This document shows positions 10,194-21,366 of a stretch of 64,000 nucleotides of DNA, piece by piece. A program made the position numbers and the translations under genes. Each line of letters opens with the position of its first letter. Within the stretch, counting starts at the first letter, position 1. Where the stretch lies: contig CAWHTP010000007.1 of assembly GCA_963832285.1 (NCBI GenBank), forward strand, positions 43,998 to 107,997. The letters are read 5' to 3'. The notes under the pieces are model-generated. The model saw only the letters and a program-made list of their open reading frames with translations. It searched no databases and had not been told where the DNA came from. This DNA is from an uncultured Cytophagales bacterium. Its GTDB lineage: Bacteria > Bacteroidota > Bacteroidia > Cytophagales > Cyclobacteriaceae.

Positions 10194-10230
10194 GTGCTTC
10201 AGAGATTTTAATTCTGAAGCACTTTTTTTT
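10194..10230 (+). terminator. rho-independent terminator
   Basis: Perfect 10-bp stem GTGCTTCAGA / TCTGAAGCAC with a 9-nt loop, followed by T8. Confidence 0.8.
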
Positions 10231-11706
10231 ATGAACCCTCTAAAAAAATTAGCAAGCGAAGCAGGATTATACGGACTACCCAGCATAGTAGGTCGTTTGC
10301 TAAATTATTTACTTGTTCCGCTGCATACAGCAGTATTCTTTCCTGATCAATTTGGCGATATAACTGTACTCTACACTTATGTGGCATTTTTAAATATCAC
10401 CTATACCTTTGGTATGGAAACCGCTTTTTTCCGCTTTACTACTAAATCAAAATCAGCAAAGCATTATTACCATAGTTTTACGCTCGTATTGTTCATTGCT
10501 TCAATTTTAAGTGTTTTAATCTATTTCAATGCTGCTGCTATCAACTACTTTTTCAACCTCGATCCATCGGCTAACATTGTAAAATATTTAAGTGTAATCA
10601 TTTTTATCGATGCGATTGTAGCCATTCCTTTGGCTAAATTACGCCTGGAGGGTAAGGCTAAGAAATTTGCCTTCATCCGTATGTCAAGCATTGTACTCAC
10701 AGTAATTTTAAATTACACCTTTTTAAAAATTTTACCACTAATGGCTCAAGCCGGATGGCTCAAATGGCCTAGCACTTTTCCTATGGATATTGAATGGGTA
10801 TTTTTGGCTAACCTATTAGCTAATGCCGTAATGATTCCGCTACTTTTCAAAGAGTTTCGTAAGGTGAAGGTTAAATTTGAATTTGGTGCGGCTAAAAAAT
10901 TGTTCGCTTACAGTGCCCCAATCTTCTTAATGGGCATGGCAGGTATGCTGGTCGAAGGCTTTGATAAAACAGGTATTTTTGAGTATTTACTACCTGTAGG
11001 ATTTTACGAACAATATTCTGCCGATGAAGCCTTCGGAATTTACAGCGCAGCCTTTAAGCTGAGTATTTTTATGGCGCTGGCGGTGCAAGCTTTCCGCTAT
11101 GCAGGTGAACCATTCTTTTTTAGCCGGGCCAGCGATAAAAACTCTCCTCAACTTTTTGCCAAAGTGCTCTATTATTTTGTGTGGCTTTCTATAATAATTT
11201 GGGTTGGCGTAAGTTTAAATACCGATTTAATAGGTGCTATATTTATACAAGGCGGGTCCGGATATAAGGAAGCACTATTTCTTGTACCCATACTACTTTT
11301 AGGGAAATTATTTTTTGGCATCTATATCAACCTAAGTATTTGGTTTAAAATTACTGATAGAACCTATTACGGTATTTTTATAAGTCTTGTAGGTTCATTG
11401 GTTGTAATAGTTGGTAACATAGCTTTAATACCTGTTTTGGGCTATTTAGGATGTGCCATTGCCTCGCTTTTAGCTTATATTTCTATGGTAGTTTATTGTT
11501 ATTTCGCAGGGCAAAAACATTTTTTTATTCCTTATAAAGTATCAAAAATCTTGAGGAATATTACGATTGCCGCCATAACCATTGCCTTGTATTACCTGTT
11601 TAAGCCCGAGAACCTAATAATAAATTACTTGGTAGGAGCATTCGTTACCATCATATTTGCACTGTTAGTTTTTGTTTACGAGCGAAAGCGAATTTTTTCA
11701 GATTAA
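10231..11706 (+). CDS. polysaccharide/oligosaccharide flippase (MOP/Wzx-like) membrane protein
   Basis: Polytopic membrane protein. The start was trimmed to MNPLKKLASEAGLYGLPSIVGRLLNYLLVPLHT, which is typical of this family, because the longer ORF overlaps the terminator. Confidence 0.7.
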   Translation: MNPLKKLASEAGLYGLPSIVGRLLNYLLVPLHTAVFFPDQFGDITVLYTYVAFLNITYTFGMETAFFRFTTKSKSAKHYYHSFTLVLFIASILSVLIYFNAAAINYFFNLDPSANIVKYLSVIIFIDAIVAIPLAKLRLEGKAKKFAFIRMSSIVLTVILNYTFLKILPLMAQAGWLKWPSTFPMDIEWVFLANLLANAVMIPLLFKEFRKVKVKFEFGAAKKLFAYSAPIFLMGMAGMLVEGFDKTGIFEYLLPVGFYEQYSADEAFGIYSAAFKLSIFMALAVQAFRYAGEPFFFSRASDKNSPQLFAKVLYYFVWLSIIIWVGVSLNTDLIGAIFIQGGSGYKEALFLVPILLLGKLFFGIYINLSIWFKITDRTYYGIFISLVGSLVVIVGNIALIPVLGYLGCAIASLLAYISMVVYCYFAGQKHFFIPYKVSKILRNITIAAITIALYYLFKPENLIINYLVGAFVTIIFALLVFVYERKRIFSD

Positions 11707-11741
11707 TTATAAAATCATACTTTTGAATAAAATATAAATTA

Positions 11742-12176
11742 ATGCAAGTAAAAGTTATAAATAAATCAAAGCATGAATTGCCTGCTTACCAGACAGAAAG
11801 TGCTGCCGGTCTTGACTTGAGAGCAAATATTGATGAGCATATCACCCTTAAACCACTCCAGCGCGCTTTGGTACCTACAGGCTTGTTTATAGAGTTACCA
11901 CATGGTTTTGAGGCACAAATAAGACCCAGAAGCGGACTGGCGTTTAAACATGGCGTAACCGTGCTCAATAGTCCGGGAACCATTGATGCCGATTACCGCG
12001 GTGAAATTAAAATATTACTTGTTAATTTATCCGATGAGCCGTTTGTTATAGAAGATAGTGAGCGGGTAGCGCAAATGGTGGTAGCCAAACATGAGCAAAT
12101 TGATTGGCAGCAGGTGGAGGTGTTAGAGGAGTCCACACGTAGTGCAGGAGGCTTTGGTAGCACCGGAAAAGGCTAG
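11742..12176 (+). CDS. dut: dUTP diphosphatase
   Basis: 144 aa with [25 protein letters not shown] and GGFGSTG motifs. Confidence 0.95.
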   Translation: MQVKVINKSKHELPAYQTESAAGLDLRANIDEHITLKPLQRALVPTGLFIELPHGFEAQIRPRSGLAFKHGVTVLNSPGTIDADYRGEIKILLVNLSDEPFVIEDSERVAQMVVAKHEQIDWQQVEVLEESTRSAGGFGSTGKG

Positions 12177-12222
12177 GCAGCCACATCAAATTTATTTAAA
12201 ACCAAGACAAAAAAATTTTAAT

Positions 12223-13233
12223 ATGAATATTGTTATTCCAATGGCCGGTATGGGCAAAAGAATGCGCCCACATACACTAACTATCCCCAAACCACTTGTA
12301 CCAATTGCAGGTAAACCAATAGTGCACAGGCTTGTGGAAGACATTGCTAAAGTGTGCGCCAGCCAAGTGAATAAGGTAGGTTTTATTATAAAGGAGAGTT
12401 TTGGTAAAGAAATAGAAAGTAATCTGCTAGCAATTGCTGAGCAAATCGGTGCAGTAGGATCTATTCATTATCAGGAAGAAGCCCTGGGTACAGCCCACGC
12501 TATTATGTGTGCAAAAGATTTGCTGGAAGGTCATACAGTTGTGGCATTTGCCGATACGCTATTTAAGGCAGATTTTACGCTCGATACGGAACAAGAAGGT
12601 ATTATTTGGACGCAGGAAGTCGAAGATCCTTCGGCTTTTGGTGTAGTAAAAGTGGATGCGGATAATTTAATAACCGATTTCATCGAGAAACCTAAAGAGC
12701 CTGTTTCTAATTTAGCCATTATAGGCATTTACTATTTTAAAAAAGGAGAGCAACTAAAAAGTGAGTTGCAATACCTACTTGATAATGACATAAAGGATGC
12801 CGGAGGAGAGTATCAAATAACCGTGGCACTTGAAAATATGAAGCGCAAAGGTGTAAAGCTGAGACCGGGCACCGTTACCGAGTGGCTCGATTGCGGCAAC
12901 AAAGATGCAACAGTGTATACCAACCAGCGTTACTTAGAGTTTATAAAGGATAGTCCTTTGAGAGCAAAAACGGTTTCGTTAAATCAATCGGTAATTATTG
13001 AGCCGGTATATCTGGGTGAAAATGTAAAAATTACCAATTCAGTTATTGGGCCGCACGTGTCAGTAGGAGATAATACTTTAATTACAGATGCACGTATACA
13101 AAACACCATTATTCAAACAAATACGCAGATAAATAATGCCGTAATTACCAATAGCATGATAGGAAACTATGCAGTATACAATGGAATAGCTAAAGACCTC
13201 AGCATTGGGGACTTCAATAAGATAATAGGATAA
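12223..13233 (+). CDS. sugar-phosphate nucleotidyltransferase with C-terminal left-handed beta-helix repeats
   Basis: MNIVIPMAGMGKRMRPHTLTIPKPL is a G-x-G-x-R NTP-transferase motif. The C-terminus has hexapeptide-like repeats. The start was trimmed from 12142, which overlaps dut. Confidence 0.8.
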   Translation: MNIVIPMAGMGKRMRPHTLTIPKPLVPIAGKPIVHRLVEDIAKVCASQVNKVGFIIKESFGKEIESNLLAIAEQIGAVGSIHYQEEALGTAHAIMCAKDLLEGHTVVAFADTLFKADFTLDTEQEGIIWTQEVEDPSAFGVVKVDADNLITDFIEKPKEPVSNLAIIGIYYFKKGEQLKSELQYLLDNDIKDAGGEYQITVALENMKRKGVKLRPGTVTEWLDCGNKDATVYTNQRYLEFIKDSPLRAKTVSLNQSVIIEPVYLGENVKITNSVIGPHVSVGDNTLITDARIQNTIIQTNTQINNAVITNSMIGNYAVYNGIAKDLSIGDFNKIIG

Positions 13234-13239
13234 TTCTCG

Positions 13240-14985
13240 GTGAATAATCAATTTAAAATATACGCCCTTTGTAGTAGCCTGGCGCTCATTTTGCTCATTC
13301 CGCAACTTGGCGTAGCCCAACAAACCCTACCTGTGAGTGATGAGCCAGCTCCAACTGTGGAAGATACCCTTAGGATGGAACAAACTAATGTTGAGTTCCT
13401 AATTACTGAAGGCATGCATTTTTTAGCGATAGAAAATCAAGCCAAAGCACTTGATAGTTTTTTAAAGGCACATGAGCTCATGCCGGAAAATGCTGCGGTT
13501 AATAGTAAAGTGGCAGAAATTTATCTTAAAAATAAAGACCAAGATAATGCACTTTTTTACGCAGTAAAAGCGAATAGAACGGCTCCTGAAAATTATTTTT
13601 ATGCAGCATTATTAGCCAAAATAAAAACAGAGCAAGGCAACTTAAGCGGGGCTATAAAAACCTATGAGGCGTTGTACGATACTAATGAGGAATCGCCTGA
13701 CGATTACTTGTTGGAACTAGCCGCACTTTATATTTATAACGGCCAACCGGCCAAAGCATTAAAAACGTACGAACGCATTGAAAAACGTTTGGGCATTTTG
13801 GAGGAAGTGAGCATACAAAAACAGAAAATACTGCTCAAGCAAAATAAGTTGAAAGAAGCCATTGAGGAGGGCGACAAATTGGTAAAAGCTTACCCTTATG
13901 TTGGTGCTTATGCAGTTGACTTAGCCCAAATGATGATCTCTAATGACAAGCCGGAAGAAGCAAAAGAATATTTGACCAAATATCTTGATGAAAATAATAA
14001 CCAGCCTAAAGTACATCTTCAGCTGGCTCAAATATTGCTGCAAGAGCAAGACTTTGAACTAGCTGCTGTGCCTTTGAAGAATGCCTTCCGTTCCGAAGAA
14101 ATATCGCTTCAGGATAAACTCAATAATTTTGTACCATTAATGACGCAGTTGAAAGGTAACGAAAAACTAATAAAGGAATTAGGCAGTTTACTAATTAAGA
14201 TACATGGGCAGGATGCTAATGCTTTTGCTGCCAATGGTGATCTTTACTTCTCTTTAGATCAGAAAGATAGTGCGTTGCAATTTTATCGTAAAGCGGTGGA
14301 ATTCAACGCTTCTAATATGCAGCTTTGGCAGAATATTCTCAACCTGGAATTAGATAAGAAAAATTACCAGCAAGTAGCCAATTATGCAGAAGAGGCACTG
14401 ACTTATTTTCCCAATCAACCGGTATTGTACTTATTTGGAGGCACGGGCTATTTTCTGCTAAAAAACTACAACCAAGCCATAACTTTATGGAAACAGGGAA
14501 GAAGTATGGTTTTTGGCAATGATCAGCTTAAAAGTACGTTCTCAGCACAAATGGCTGATGCACTTCATGCCAATAAGCAATACAACGAAGCATTTGTGGC
14601 TTATGAAGAAGCTATCAAGTATAATCCAAACAACTATTTTGCCATCAATAATTATACGTATTACCTATCGTTAAAAAAGCTGAAGCTTGATAGGGCAGAA
14701 CAGTTAGGTAAACAAATGGTGGAGGCCAACCCCGATAATGCTACTTTTTTAGATACCTATGGTTGGGTTTTATTTCAATCAGAAAATTATGCTGAGGCCG
14801 GAAAATTTTTAAAGAAAGCTGCTGAAATTAATCCTTCCAGCACAATTGTTGAACATTACGGTGATGTATTGTTCAAAATAGGTAATAAAAAAGATGCCCT
14901 TTCTAATTGGCAAAGAGCCAAGGAATTGGGCAGTGACTCAGAAACTTTGGAGAAGAAAATTGAAGAACAGAAATATTATGAATAA
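13240..14985 (+). CDS. tetratricopeptide-repeat protein
   Basis: Signal-like N-terminus and many TPR-like A/Y/L periodic helices. Apparent GTG start. Confidence 0.7.
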   Translation: MNNQFKIYALCSSLALILLIPQLGVAQQTLPVSDEPAPTVEDTLRMEQTNVEFLITEGMHFLAIENQAKALDSFLKAHELMPENAAVNSKVAEIYLKNKDQDNALFYAVKANRTAPENYFYAALLAKIKTEQGNLSGAIKTYEALYDTNEESPDDYLLELAALYIYNGQPAKALKTYERIEKRLGILEEVSIQKQKILLKQNKLKEAIEEGDKLVKAYPYVGAYAVDLAQMMISNDKPEEAKEYLTKYLDENNNQPKVHLQLAQILLQEQDFELAAVPLKNAFRSEEISLQDKLNNFVPLMTQLKGNEKLIKELGSLLIKIHGQDANAFAANGDLYFSLDQKDSALQFYRKAVEFNASNMQLWQNILNLELDKKNYQQVANYAEEALTYFPNQPVLYLFGGTGYFLLKNYNQAITLWKQGRSMVFGNDQLKSTFSAQMADALHANKQYNEAFVAYEEAIKYNPNNYFAINNYTYYLSLKKLKLDRAEQLGKQMVEANPDNATFLDTYGWVLFQSENYAEAGKFLKKAAEINPSSTIVEHYGDVLFKIGNKKDALSNWQRAKELGSDSETLEKKIEEQKYYE

Positions 14986-15721
14986 ATACTCTTGGGCTGT
15001 TATAGTCTCTTTATTCTTATTGTCAGCATGTGCAAAAAAGAATATTCCGGTTTCAACCATTAAGAAGGAATACGGGCTGGAAAATTTTGATTTTGAGTAC
15101 TTGCAGGCAAAATCAAAAATTAAGTTCGATTCTGAAGAGCGCTCATTAAGCTCATCGGCTACTATCCGCATGAAAAAAGATTCTATTATATGGATTTCAT
15201 TAACCCCTGTTTTTGGGTTGGAGGCAGCAAGAGGGCTTATTACCAGAGATGAGATCGTTTTTATAGATAGGGTAAACAAGAAGGTATATCGATATAACTA
15301 CGAAACGCTAAGCGAAATGATTAATTTTGAGGTGAGTTTTGACATGATCCAATCTACCTTATTGGGTAATCAGGTATTTACATTTTTACCAAATGATAAA
15401 TTTTCGAAAAACGTTAAAGAACTAAAAGTAGATCAAACCAGACAAAGGTTTAAGGTGATAACTACTGCCAATAGATTAACCCGTAAAGTAACCAACATAA
15501 AAGTGAATGAGATTGAGGCAGGTAATGAAATGCTCATCACCTTTGGCAGCTTTAATACTGTACAAGGGCAGGCACTACCATACGAAGCAAGTGTTTTAAT
15601 TATGAGCACTTTGGACGATAAAACAGAAAAGACCAGAGTGGATATTAGCCATACAAAAGTGGAAACCGGTAATGAAAAAATTTCTTTCCCGTTTAGTGTG
15701 CCTTCAAAATATGAGAACTAA
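14978..15721 (+). CDS. DUF4292/LolB-like outer-membrane lipoprotein
   Basis: Lipoprotein signal MNKYSWAVIVSLFLLSAC. Its ATG overlaps the upstream stop, and the TPR - DUF4292 - M23 peptidase order is conserved. Confidence 0.65.
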   Translation: MNKYSWAVIVSLFLLSACAKKNIPVSTIKKEYGLENFDFEYLQAKSKIKFDSEERSLSSSATIRMKKDSIIWISLTPVFGLEAARGLITRDEIVFIDRVNKKVYRYNYETLSEMINFEVSFDMIQSTLLGNQVFTFLPNDKFSKNVKELKVDQTRQRFKVITTANRLTRKVTNIKVNEIEAGNEMLITFGSFNTVQGQALPYEASVLIMSTLDDKTEKTRVDISHTKVETGNEKISFPFSVPSKYEN

Positions 15722-16916
15722 ATTCTCCATATTCTTTTTGGTAATTTGTTGTTTGGTGCAGCATACAGCGCTTTATGCCCAAAAGACCAGAGATCAACTC
15801 GAGAAAGAGAAGAAAGAAAATCTGCAACAGATTGAGGAGGCCGAAAAAATACTCAACCAGACTACTTCCAAAAAGAAGGCTACTATTGGCCAATTAAATG
15901 CACTTAACTTCAAAATTGAGGTGCAGCAATCGCTCACCGGATCTATTTCTGAAGAAATTAACCTGTTAAATGGCAAGATAAACGAAATTGGAGGTATTGT
16001 TAGCGCTATGCAGCAAGATGTAAGCGAAATGAAAAAGGAATACGCCAACATGCTATATGCAGCACAGAAAAGTGGTCAGTCTTTGAGCAAATTGTCTTAT
16101 GTTTTTGCGGCATCTTCATTTTATCAAATGCTAATGAGAATGCAGTATATGCAATATTACGCGCAGGTTAGGCGCAACCAGGCTGAGCAAATTGAGGTGA
16201 TGAAAAACCTGCTTATAAGCGAGCAGGCTGAAGCTGAAAAAATACGTATAGAGAAAAGTACCCTGCTTCAAGAACAAATATTTAGAGTGAAGGAATTAGA
16301 TTTGTTGAAAGCAGAGCAAAATGTGCTGGTCGCTCAGCTAAGCCAAAGGGAGAAAGAAGTGAAAGGCGAGATTGGCAACAAAAGAAAAGCTGTTGAAAAC
16401 TTAGAAAAAGTAATAGCGGCACTAATTAAGAAGGAGATTGAAAAAAGCTCAGCGGGCAAGTCATCCACTAAATTTGCTCTTACTCCGGAAGCCAAAGAAC
16501 TTTCAAATTCCTTTGCGGGAAATAAAAGTAAGCTCTATTGGCCTGTAGGAGCAGGCTTTATTTCCCAGAAATTTGGTACCCACCCGCATGCTGTTTACAA
16601 AAATATTACGGTAAATAACGATGGTATAGATATACAAACCAATGAAAATGAGCAGGTAAGAGCAGTTTACAGCGGGGAGGTAAAGTATGTAGCCTTTGTA
16701 CCATCTATGAATAATGTAGTAATGGTGCAGCACGGAGAGTACTTTACGGTTTATGCCAAGCTTAAGGATGTAAAAGTGAAAAAAGGTGATGTTTTGGCAG
16801 CCAAGCAAATTGTGGGTACTGTCTACACCGACAAAGATGGTACATCGGAAATTCAGTTCCAGGTTTGGAAAAACAATCAGAAACTCAACCCCGAAAGCTG
16901 GATATTTAAAAAGTAG
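15711..16916 (+). CDS. murein hydrolase activator / M23 peptidase family protein (EnvC-like)
   Basis: Long coiled-coil N-terminal region and a C-terminal LytM-like GIDI...V.AVYSGEV...G..VMVQHGEYFTVYA motif. Confidence 0.8.
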   Translation: MRTKFSIFFLVICCLVQHTALYAQKTRDQLEKEKKENLQQIEEAEKILNQTTSKKKATIGQLNALNFKIEVQQSLTGSISEEINLLNGKINEIGGIVSAMQQDVSEMKKEYANMLYAAQKSGQSLSKLSYVFAASSFYQMLMRMQYMQYYAQVRRNQAEQIEVMKNLLISEQAEAEKIRIEKSTLLQEQIFRVKELDLLKAEQNVLVAQLSQREKEVKGEIGNKRKAVENLEKVIAALIKKEIEKSSAGKSSTKFALTPEAKELSNSFAGNKSKLYWPVGAGFISQKFGTHPHAVYKNITVNNDGIDIQTNENEQVRAVYSGEVKYVAFVPSMNNVVMVQHGEYFTVYAKLKDVKVKKGDVLAAKQIVGTVYTDKDGTSEIQFQVWKNNQKLNPESWIFKK

Positions 16917-17027
16917 CAGGAACTTATTTCAATTTTATTAACTTTCAAAGGGCATACTCTTTTTACAGTAGCAATTGGTTAGGACTGATTTAATTAATTA
17001 ACTTTACACAAATTTAAAGCTAAAGCA

Positions 17028-17237
17028 ATGAACACAGTATTTGCATTTTTAGGTGGTTTAGGTGGTTGGGAAATTATGCTGATCGTTTTGGTAATTTTAA
17101 TATTCTTTGGCGCAAAAAGAATACCGGAGTTAGCAAGAGGGTTGGGTAAAGGCATAAGAGAGTTTAAAGACGCCACCAACGAAATTAAAGACGAGATTGA
17201 GGATAACGATAAAAAGTTAAAGTCAGACGATAAATAA
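17028..17237 (+). CDS. tatA: twin-arginine translocase TatA/E family subunit
   Basis: GGWEIMLIVLVILIFFGAKRIPELARGLGKGIREFK is the canonical TatA hinge and amphipathic helix. Confidence 0.9.
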   Translation: MNTVFAFLGGLGGWEIMLIVLVILIFFGAKRIPELARGLGKGIREFKDATNEIKDEIEDNDKKLKSDDK

Positions 17238-17244
17238 CTTCGCC

Positions 17245-18675
17245 TTGAAGGAATATCAAAGCCTTGCAAAATTTCAGGATGCCCTGAAGCAGAAAAAGAC
17301 TGACCTAAAAACTACGATATCACATTATTTATCGGCTATCGAAGCTCAAAAGCATTTAAATGTGTTTTTGGAAGTTTATGCGGAAGAGGCACTCCAAAGG
17401 GCAGAAGATCTTCAATCTAAGTTGGATACTCATGAGCCGCTGGGTAAGCTTTTTGGTTTGGTAATAGGTATTAAAGATGTGCTTGTTTATAAAGACCATC
17501 AATCCACAGCCGGAAGTAATATTTTGAATGGTTTTGAATCACAGTTTACGGCCACAGCAGTAGAGCGGTTATTGGCCGAGGACGCCATAATTATTGGCCG
17601 TCAAAATTGTGATGAATTTGCCATGGGTTCCACAAACGAAAATTCGGCTTATGGGCCAACGCTTAACGCGGCAGATAATAGCAAGGTACCGGGTGGTTCA
17701 TCAGGTGCTTCAGCAGTATCGGTGCAGGCAGGTTTGTGCATGGCGGCTTTGGGTACCGATACAGGCGGCTCCGTACGCCAACCGGCAGCGTTTTGCGGTG
17801 TTGTAGGTCTTAAGCCTACTTATAGTAGAATTTCCCGTTATGGGCTAATCGCCTATGCTTCCTCTTTCGATTGTATTGGAATTTTCACTAAAAATATTGA
17901 AGATAATGCTGCAATTCTTTCCGTTATAGCCGGAGAAGATACCTATGATAGCACTGTTTCTTCCGAAAGTGTTCCTGATTATGTCAAGCAACTGCAGTTT
18001 GAGGGCACGGCAAAAGTAGCTTATATAAAAGAAACAATTGAAAACGAGGCGTTGCAGCCTGAAATTAAGGAAGCGTTACTTAAAAAGATAGCTTTTCTAA
18101 AAGCAGATGGTCATGAAGTGGAGGAAGTTCCTTTTCCACATTTGGATTATTTGTTGCCCACCTATTACATCCTCACCACTGCTGAAGCCAGCTCCAACTT
18201 GTCGAGATTTGATGGAGTACGTCATGGCTACAGGGCACCGGAAGCGCATAATTTGGAAAGTATGTACAAGCTCAGCAGGTCGCAAGGCTTTGGTAATGAA
18301 GTAAAACGTAGAATTATGCTGGGAACTTTCGTGCTAAGTGCCAGTTATTTTGATGCGTATTATACCAAAGCGCAAAAAGTGAGAAGGATTATAAGAGATG
18401 AAACCAGAGAAATTTTAAGTAAATACGATTTTATTATATTGCCAACAACGCCAACAACCGCGCTTCCATTGAACTCACAAACCGATAATCCGGCCGAAAT
18501 GTACTTAGCTGATGTATTTACTGTGCAGGCTAACGTTACAGGCATACCTGCAATATCTATTCCTGCTGGCGTTGATAAGGCAAATATGCCAATTGGCATA
18601 CAGTTGATGGCTGATGTTTTTAAAGAACAGCAGTTATATGCATTCTCAAACTACTTAATGAAGGCGGAAGCGTAA
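17245..18675 (+). CDS. gatA: Asp-tRNA(Asn)/Glu-tRNA(Gln) amidotransferase subunit A
   Basis: Amidase signature GGSSGASAVSVQAGLCMAALGTDTGGSVRQPAAFCGVVGLKPTYSRISRYG. Apparent TTG start. Confidence 0.9.
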   Translation: MKEYQSLAKFQDALKQKKTDLKTTISHYLSAIEAQKHLNVFLEVYAEEALQRAEDLQSKLDTHEPLGKLFGLVIGIKDVLVYKDHQSTAGSNILNGFESQFTATAVERLLAEDAIIIGRQNCDEFAMGSTNENSAYGPTLNAADNSKVPGGSSGASAVSVQAGLCMAALGTDTGGSVRQPAAFCGVVGLKPTYSRISRYGLIAYASSFDCIGIFTKNIEDNAAILSVIAGEDTYDSTVSSESVPDYVKQLQFEGTAKVAYIKETIENEALQPEIKEALLKKIAFLKADGHEVEEVPFPHLDYLLPTYYILTTAEASSNLSRFDGVRHGYRAPEAHNLESMYKLSRSQGFGNEVKRRIMLGTFVLSASYFDAYYTKAQKVRRIIRDETREILSKYDFIILPTTPTTALPLNSQTDNPAEMYLADVFTVQANVTGIPAISIPAGVDKANMPIGIQLMADVFKEQQLYAFSNYLMKAEA

Positions 18676-20037
18676 ATGAAAAACTTATTTAACCATATGG
18701 CAATATTTGCCTTCTTATGCCTGTTCAGCATAAATTTGAATGCACAACAGGAAATTATTGAAGCCTATGAATACATTCCCGATGTAATTGAGGATTCAGT
18801 TGTGGCCAGGTTAAATAAGCTTGAAAATGAAGTGCCGCTTACTTACAACAGCAAGGTGCTCGGCTTCATTAATTATTTTATGATAAGGAATAGGGAATAT
18901 ACCAAAGGAGTAGCAGCACTCCAGACAAGGTATTTCCCCATTATAGAAAAATACTTAGCAGAATATGGTTTGCCCGATGAGTTAAAGTATCTGGCCATTG
19001 TGGAATCGGGCCTCAACCCGCTGGCACAATCAAGAGCAGGGGCTGTAGGTTTATGGCAGTTTATGCCGTTAACCGGCCGATTGGATTACGATCTTTATGA
19101 AAACTGGTACAACGATGATAAAATGGATTTCGAAAAATCAACGATCGCTGCCTGTCGCTACCTATCTTTTCTTTACAACTACTTCGATAATAATTGGCAT
19201 TTGGCATTGGCAGCCTATAACTCCGGGCCCGGTAACGTAAGAAAGGCCATTAGAAGGAGCGGCTATAAAAAATCTTTCTGGGAAATATATCCTCATTTAT
19301 TTAGAGAAACCCGCTCTTACGTGCCTCAATTTATAGCACTCACCTATGCCATGAATTATATGGAAGAACACAATATGTTTATTTCCGATAAGGAATATTT
19401 ACCTGCCTATGACACACTTCATGTATCCCAATTCCTCAATTTAGAGTTATTTGCCGAGCACTCAGGCATTTGTTACCCTAACTTACTAATGCTAAACCCT
19501 GGTTTGAAAAAAGGAGCGTTATCAGCTCAAAGTAAAAACTATCCTTTGCGAATACCGAAAATGCACAAAGCGCTTTTGGCTGAAACAAGGATACAAGTTT
19601 TAGCAGCAGCAGAACAAGGAGGGGAGCATTGGAATATGCTGGCGAGAAACGAAGCCGGAAGCACCTATGGTAGACAAAAATTAAATTATACAGTTAAATC
19701 CGGTGATGTGCTGGGGAAGATTGCTAACACCTATAAAGTAGGAATTAACGATATAAAAAACTGGAACAACTTAAACTCTAATACCATCAGAGTAGGTCAA
19801 AAGATAAGTATCTGGGTTGCTGATGACTTCTATGACGATGTGAATAAGTCTATTGAAGCTTATACAGCAACATCAAAGACTTATAAAGCTGAGGACGGAG
19901 TGTACAAAGTACAACCCGGTGATACGCTATGGGATATTTCCAGAAAATTTGAAGGATTAACTGTTGAGAAGTTAAAAAAACTTAATAATTTGGATGATAG
20001 TGCCATAAAACCCGGCCAGAAACTCAAAGTGAGCTAG
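18676..20037 (+). CDS. lytic transglycosylase (SLT domain) with two C-terminal LysM domains
   Basis: SLT motifs LAIVESGLNPLAQSRAGAVGLWQFMP and AAYNSGPGNV. LysM repeats YTVKSGDVLGKIA and YKVQPGDTLWDIS. Confidence 0.85.
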   Translation: MKNLFNHMAIFAFLCLFSINLNAQQEIIEAYEYIPDVIEDSVVARLNKLENEVPLTYNSKVLGFINYFMIRNREYTKGVAALQTRYFPIIEKYLAEYGLPDELKYLAIVESGLNPLAQSRAGAVGLWQFMPLTGRLDYDLYENWYNDDKMDFEKSTIAACRYLSFLYNYFDNNWHLALAAYNSGPGNVRKAIRRSGYKKSFWEIYPHLFRETRSYVPQFIALTYAMNYMEEHNMFISDKEYLPAYDTLHVSQFLNLELFAEHSGICYPNLLMLNPGLKKGALSAQSKNYPLRIPKMHKALLAETRIQVLAAAEQGGEHWNMLARNEAGSTYGRQKLNYTVKSGDVLGKIANTYKVGINDIKNWNNLNSNTIRVGQKISIWVADDFYDDVNKSIEAYTATSKTYKAEDGVYKVQPGDTLWDISRKFEGLTVEKLKKLNNLDDSAIKPGQKLKVS

Positions 20038-20224
20038 CCGCACAAGTTTAAATTTGTTAAGAAATAGTTTAGAGCCATATTTCGTGCGGCATAAATGGCC
20101 AAATGAGTATATTTACATAGTATCGCGGCAATTAATAAATTATTTGCTTCGCCTCTGGCGGAGTGAGCTATTAAACCGCAGCAGAACTAAGCGACATTAC
20201 AACTCAATTATTAAAATCCTTGAT

Positions 20225-21322
20225 ATGACACCCAAAGACTTCCTTCTCAATACGTTCTACGCATTTTCCATGCTAATACTATTTATATCCTGCGGTGAGC
20301 AGGAAAATAGCGGGAAGACTTCATCAATAAACATGCAAAAGGCCAGAGGTGAGAATGGCGAAATTATATTGGTAATTACCCCGGATCATTGGCAAGGCGC
20401 CATAGGCGAAAAAATTAGAGCAATTTTCAATGCACCCATTCAGGGAGTTCCGCAAGATGAGCCCAAATACAATATTAAAAAAGTAGCACCAAGCAAGCTT
20501 AATAGTGTACTAAAAGCCTCTAAGAACCTGCTATTTGTGGCATCTACTGATAGCCGAACTTCGGAAGGTAACTACATGAAGAAGTATTTTACCGATAATT
20601 CCATTCAGCAAATAGAGAAAAACCCAAAGCTTTTCTCCTTTAACCAGCAAGATGTTTACGCGAGCGGACAAGAAGTACTGTACCTGTTCGGCAGAAGCGA
20701 TGACGAACTGCTAGCGAGCCTAAACGAACATGAAAAACAAATTTCAGGCTTTTTTAATGCCAAAGAGCAAAAAAGACTACTGGCCGATTTAAAGAAAAGC
20801 GCTTCCAAAGGTATTATGAATTATATATCTGATTCCATGGGTATTGAAATGCTGGTGCCTTATGGCTACGACATCTCCACCAAATCAAAAGATTTTTTAT
20901 GGGTGCGTGCTCTTGATAACAAAGAAGAGTTTAATATCTGGATAGCCAAAATGCCTTATAACAGCGAAGATATATTTGACCCGGCTAACCTAAAAATAAT
21001 CAGAAATAATTTAGGTAAGCGCTACATCAAAGATGCAGACAACGACTCCATTTATATTACTACGCAAAATGAAATACCCTTATCAATCGATACTGTCAAT
21101 TTAAATGGTAACTATGCGCTGCAAGCTAGGGGTATGTGGAAGTATTCCAACAATAGTAGAGGAGGTTCTTTCATCAGTTATTTATTGGCCGATGAAAATA
21201 CGGGTGAAGCTTACTATATTGAAGGGTATATTGATAACCCGGGTGAAACCAAACGCGAGCCACTAAGAATATTGGAAACTGTATTAGGCACAGCAGATAT
21301 ACCGGATGCCATAAATGACTAA
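20225..21322 (+). CDS. DUF4837-like lipoprotein
   Basis: Lipoprotein signal ...MLILFISCGEQ. The start was trimmed from 20054. The family assignment is from memory only. Confidence 0.55.
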   Translation: MTPKDFLLNTFYAFSMLILFISCGEQENSGKTSSINMQKARGENGEIILVITPDHWQGAIGEKIRAIFNAPIQGVPQDEPKYNIKKVAPSKLNSVLKASKNLLFVASTDSRTSEGNYMKKYFTDNSIQQIEKNPKLFSFNQQDVYASGQEVLYLFGRSDDELLASLNEHEKQISGFFNAKEQKRLLADLKKSASKGIMNYISDSMGIEMLVPYGYDISTKSKDFLWVRALDNKEEFNIWIAKMPYNSEDIFDPANLKIIRNNLGKRYIKDADNDSIYITTQNEIPLSIDTVNLNGNYALQARGMWKYSNNSRGGSFISYLLADENTGEAYYIEGYIDNPGETKREPLRILETVLGTADIPDAIND

Positions 21323-21366
21323 TACCTGCTTCAGGTATAAACCTATTAAAATTTTGATTTGAACTT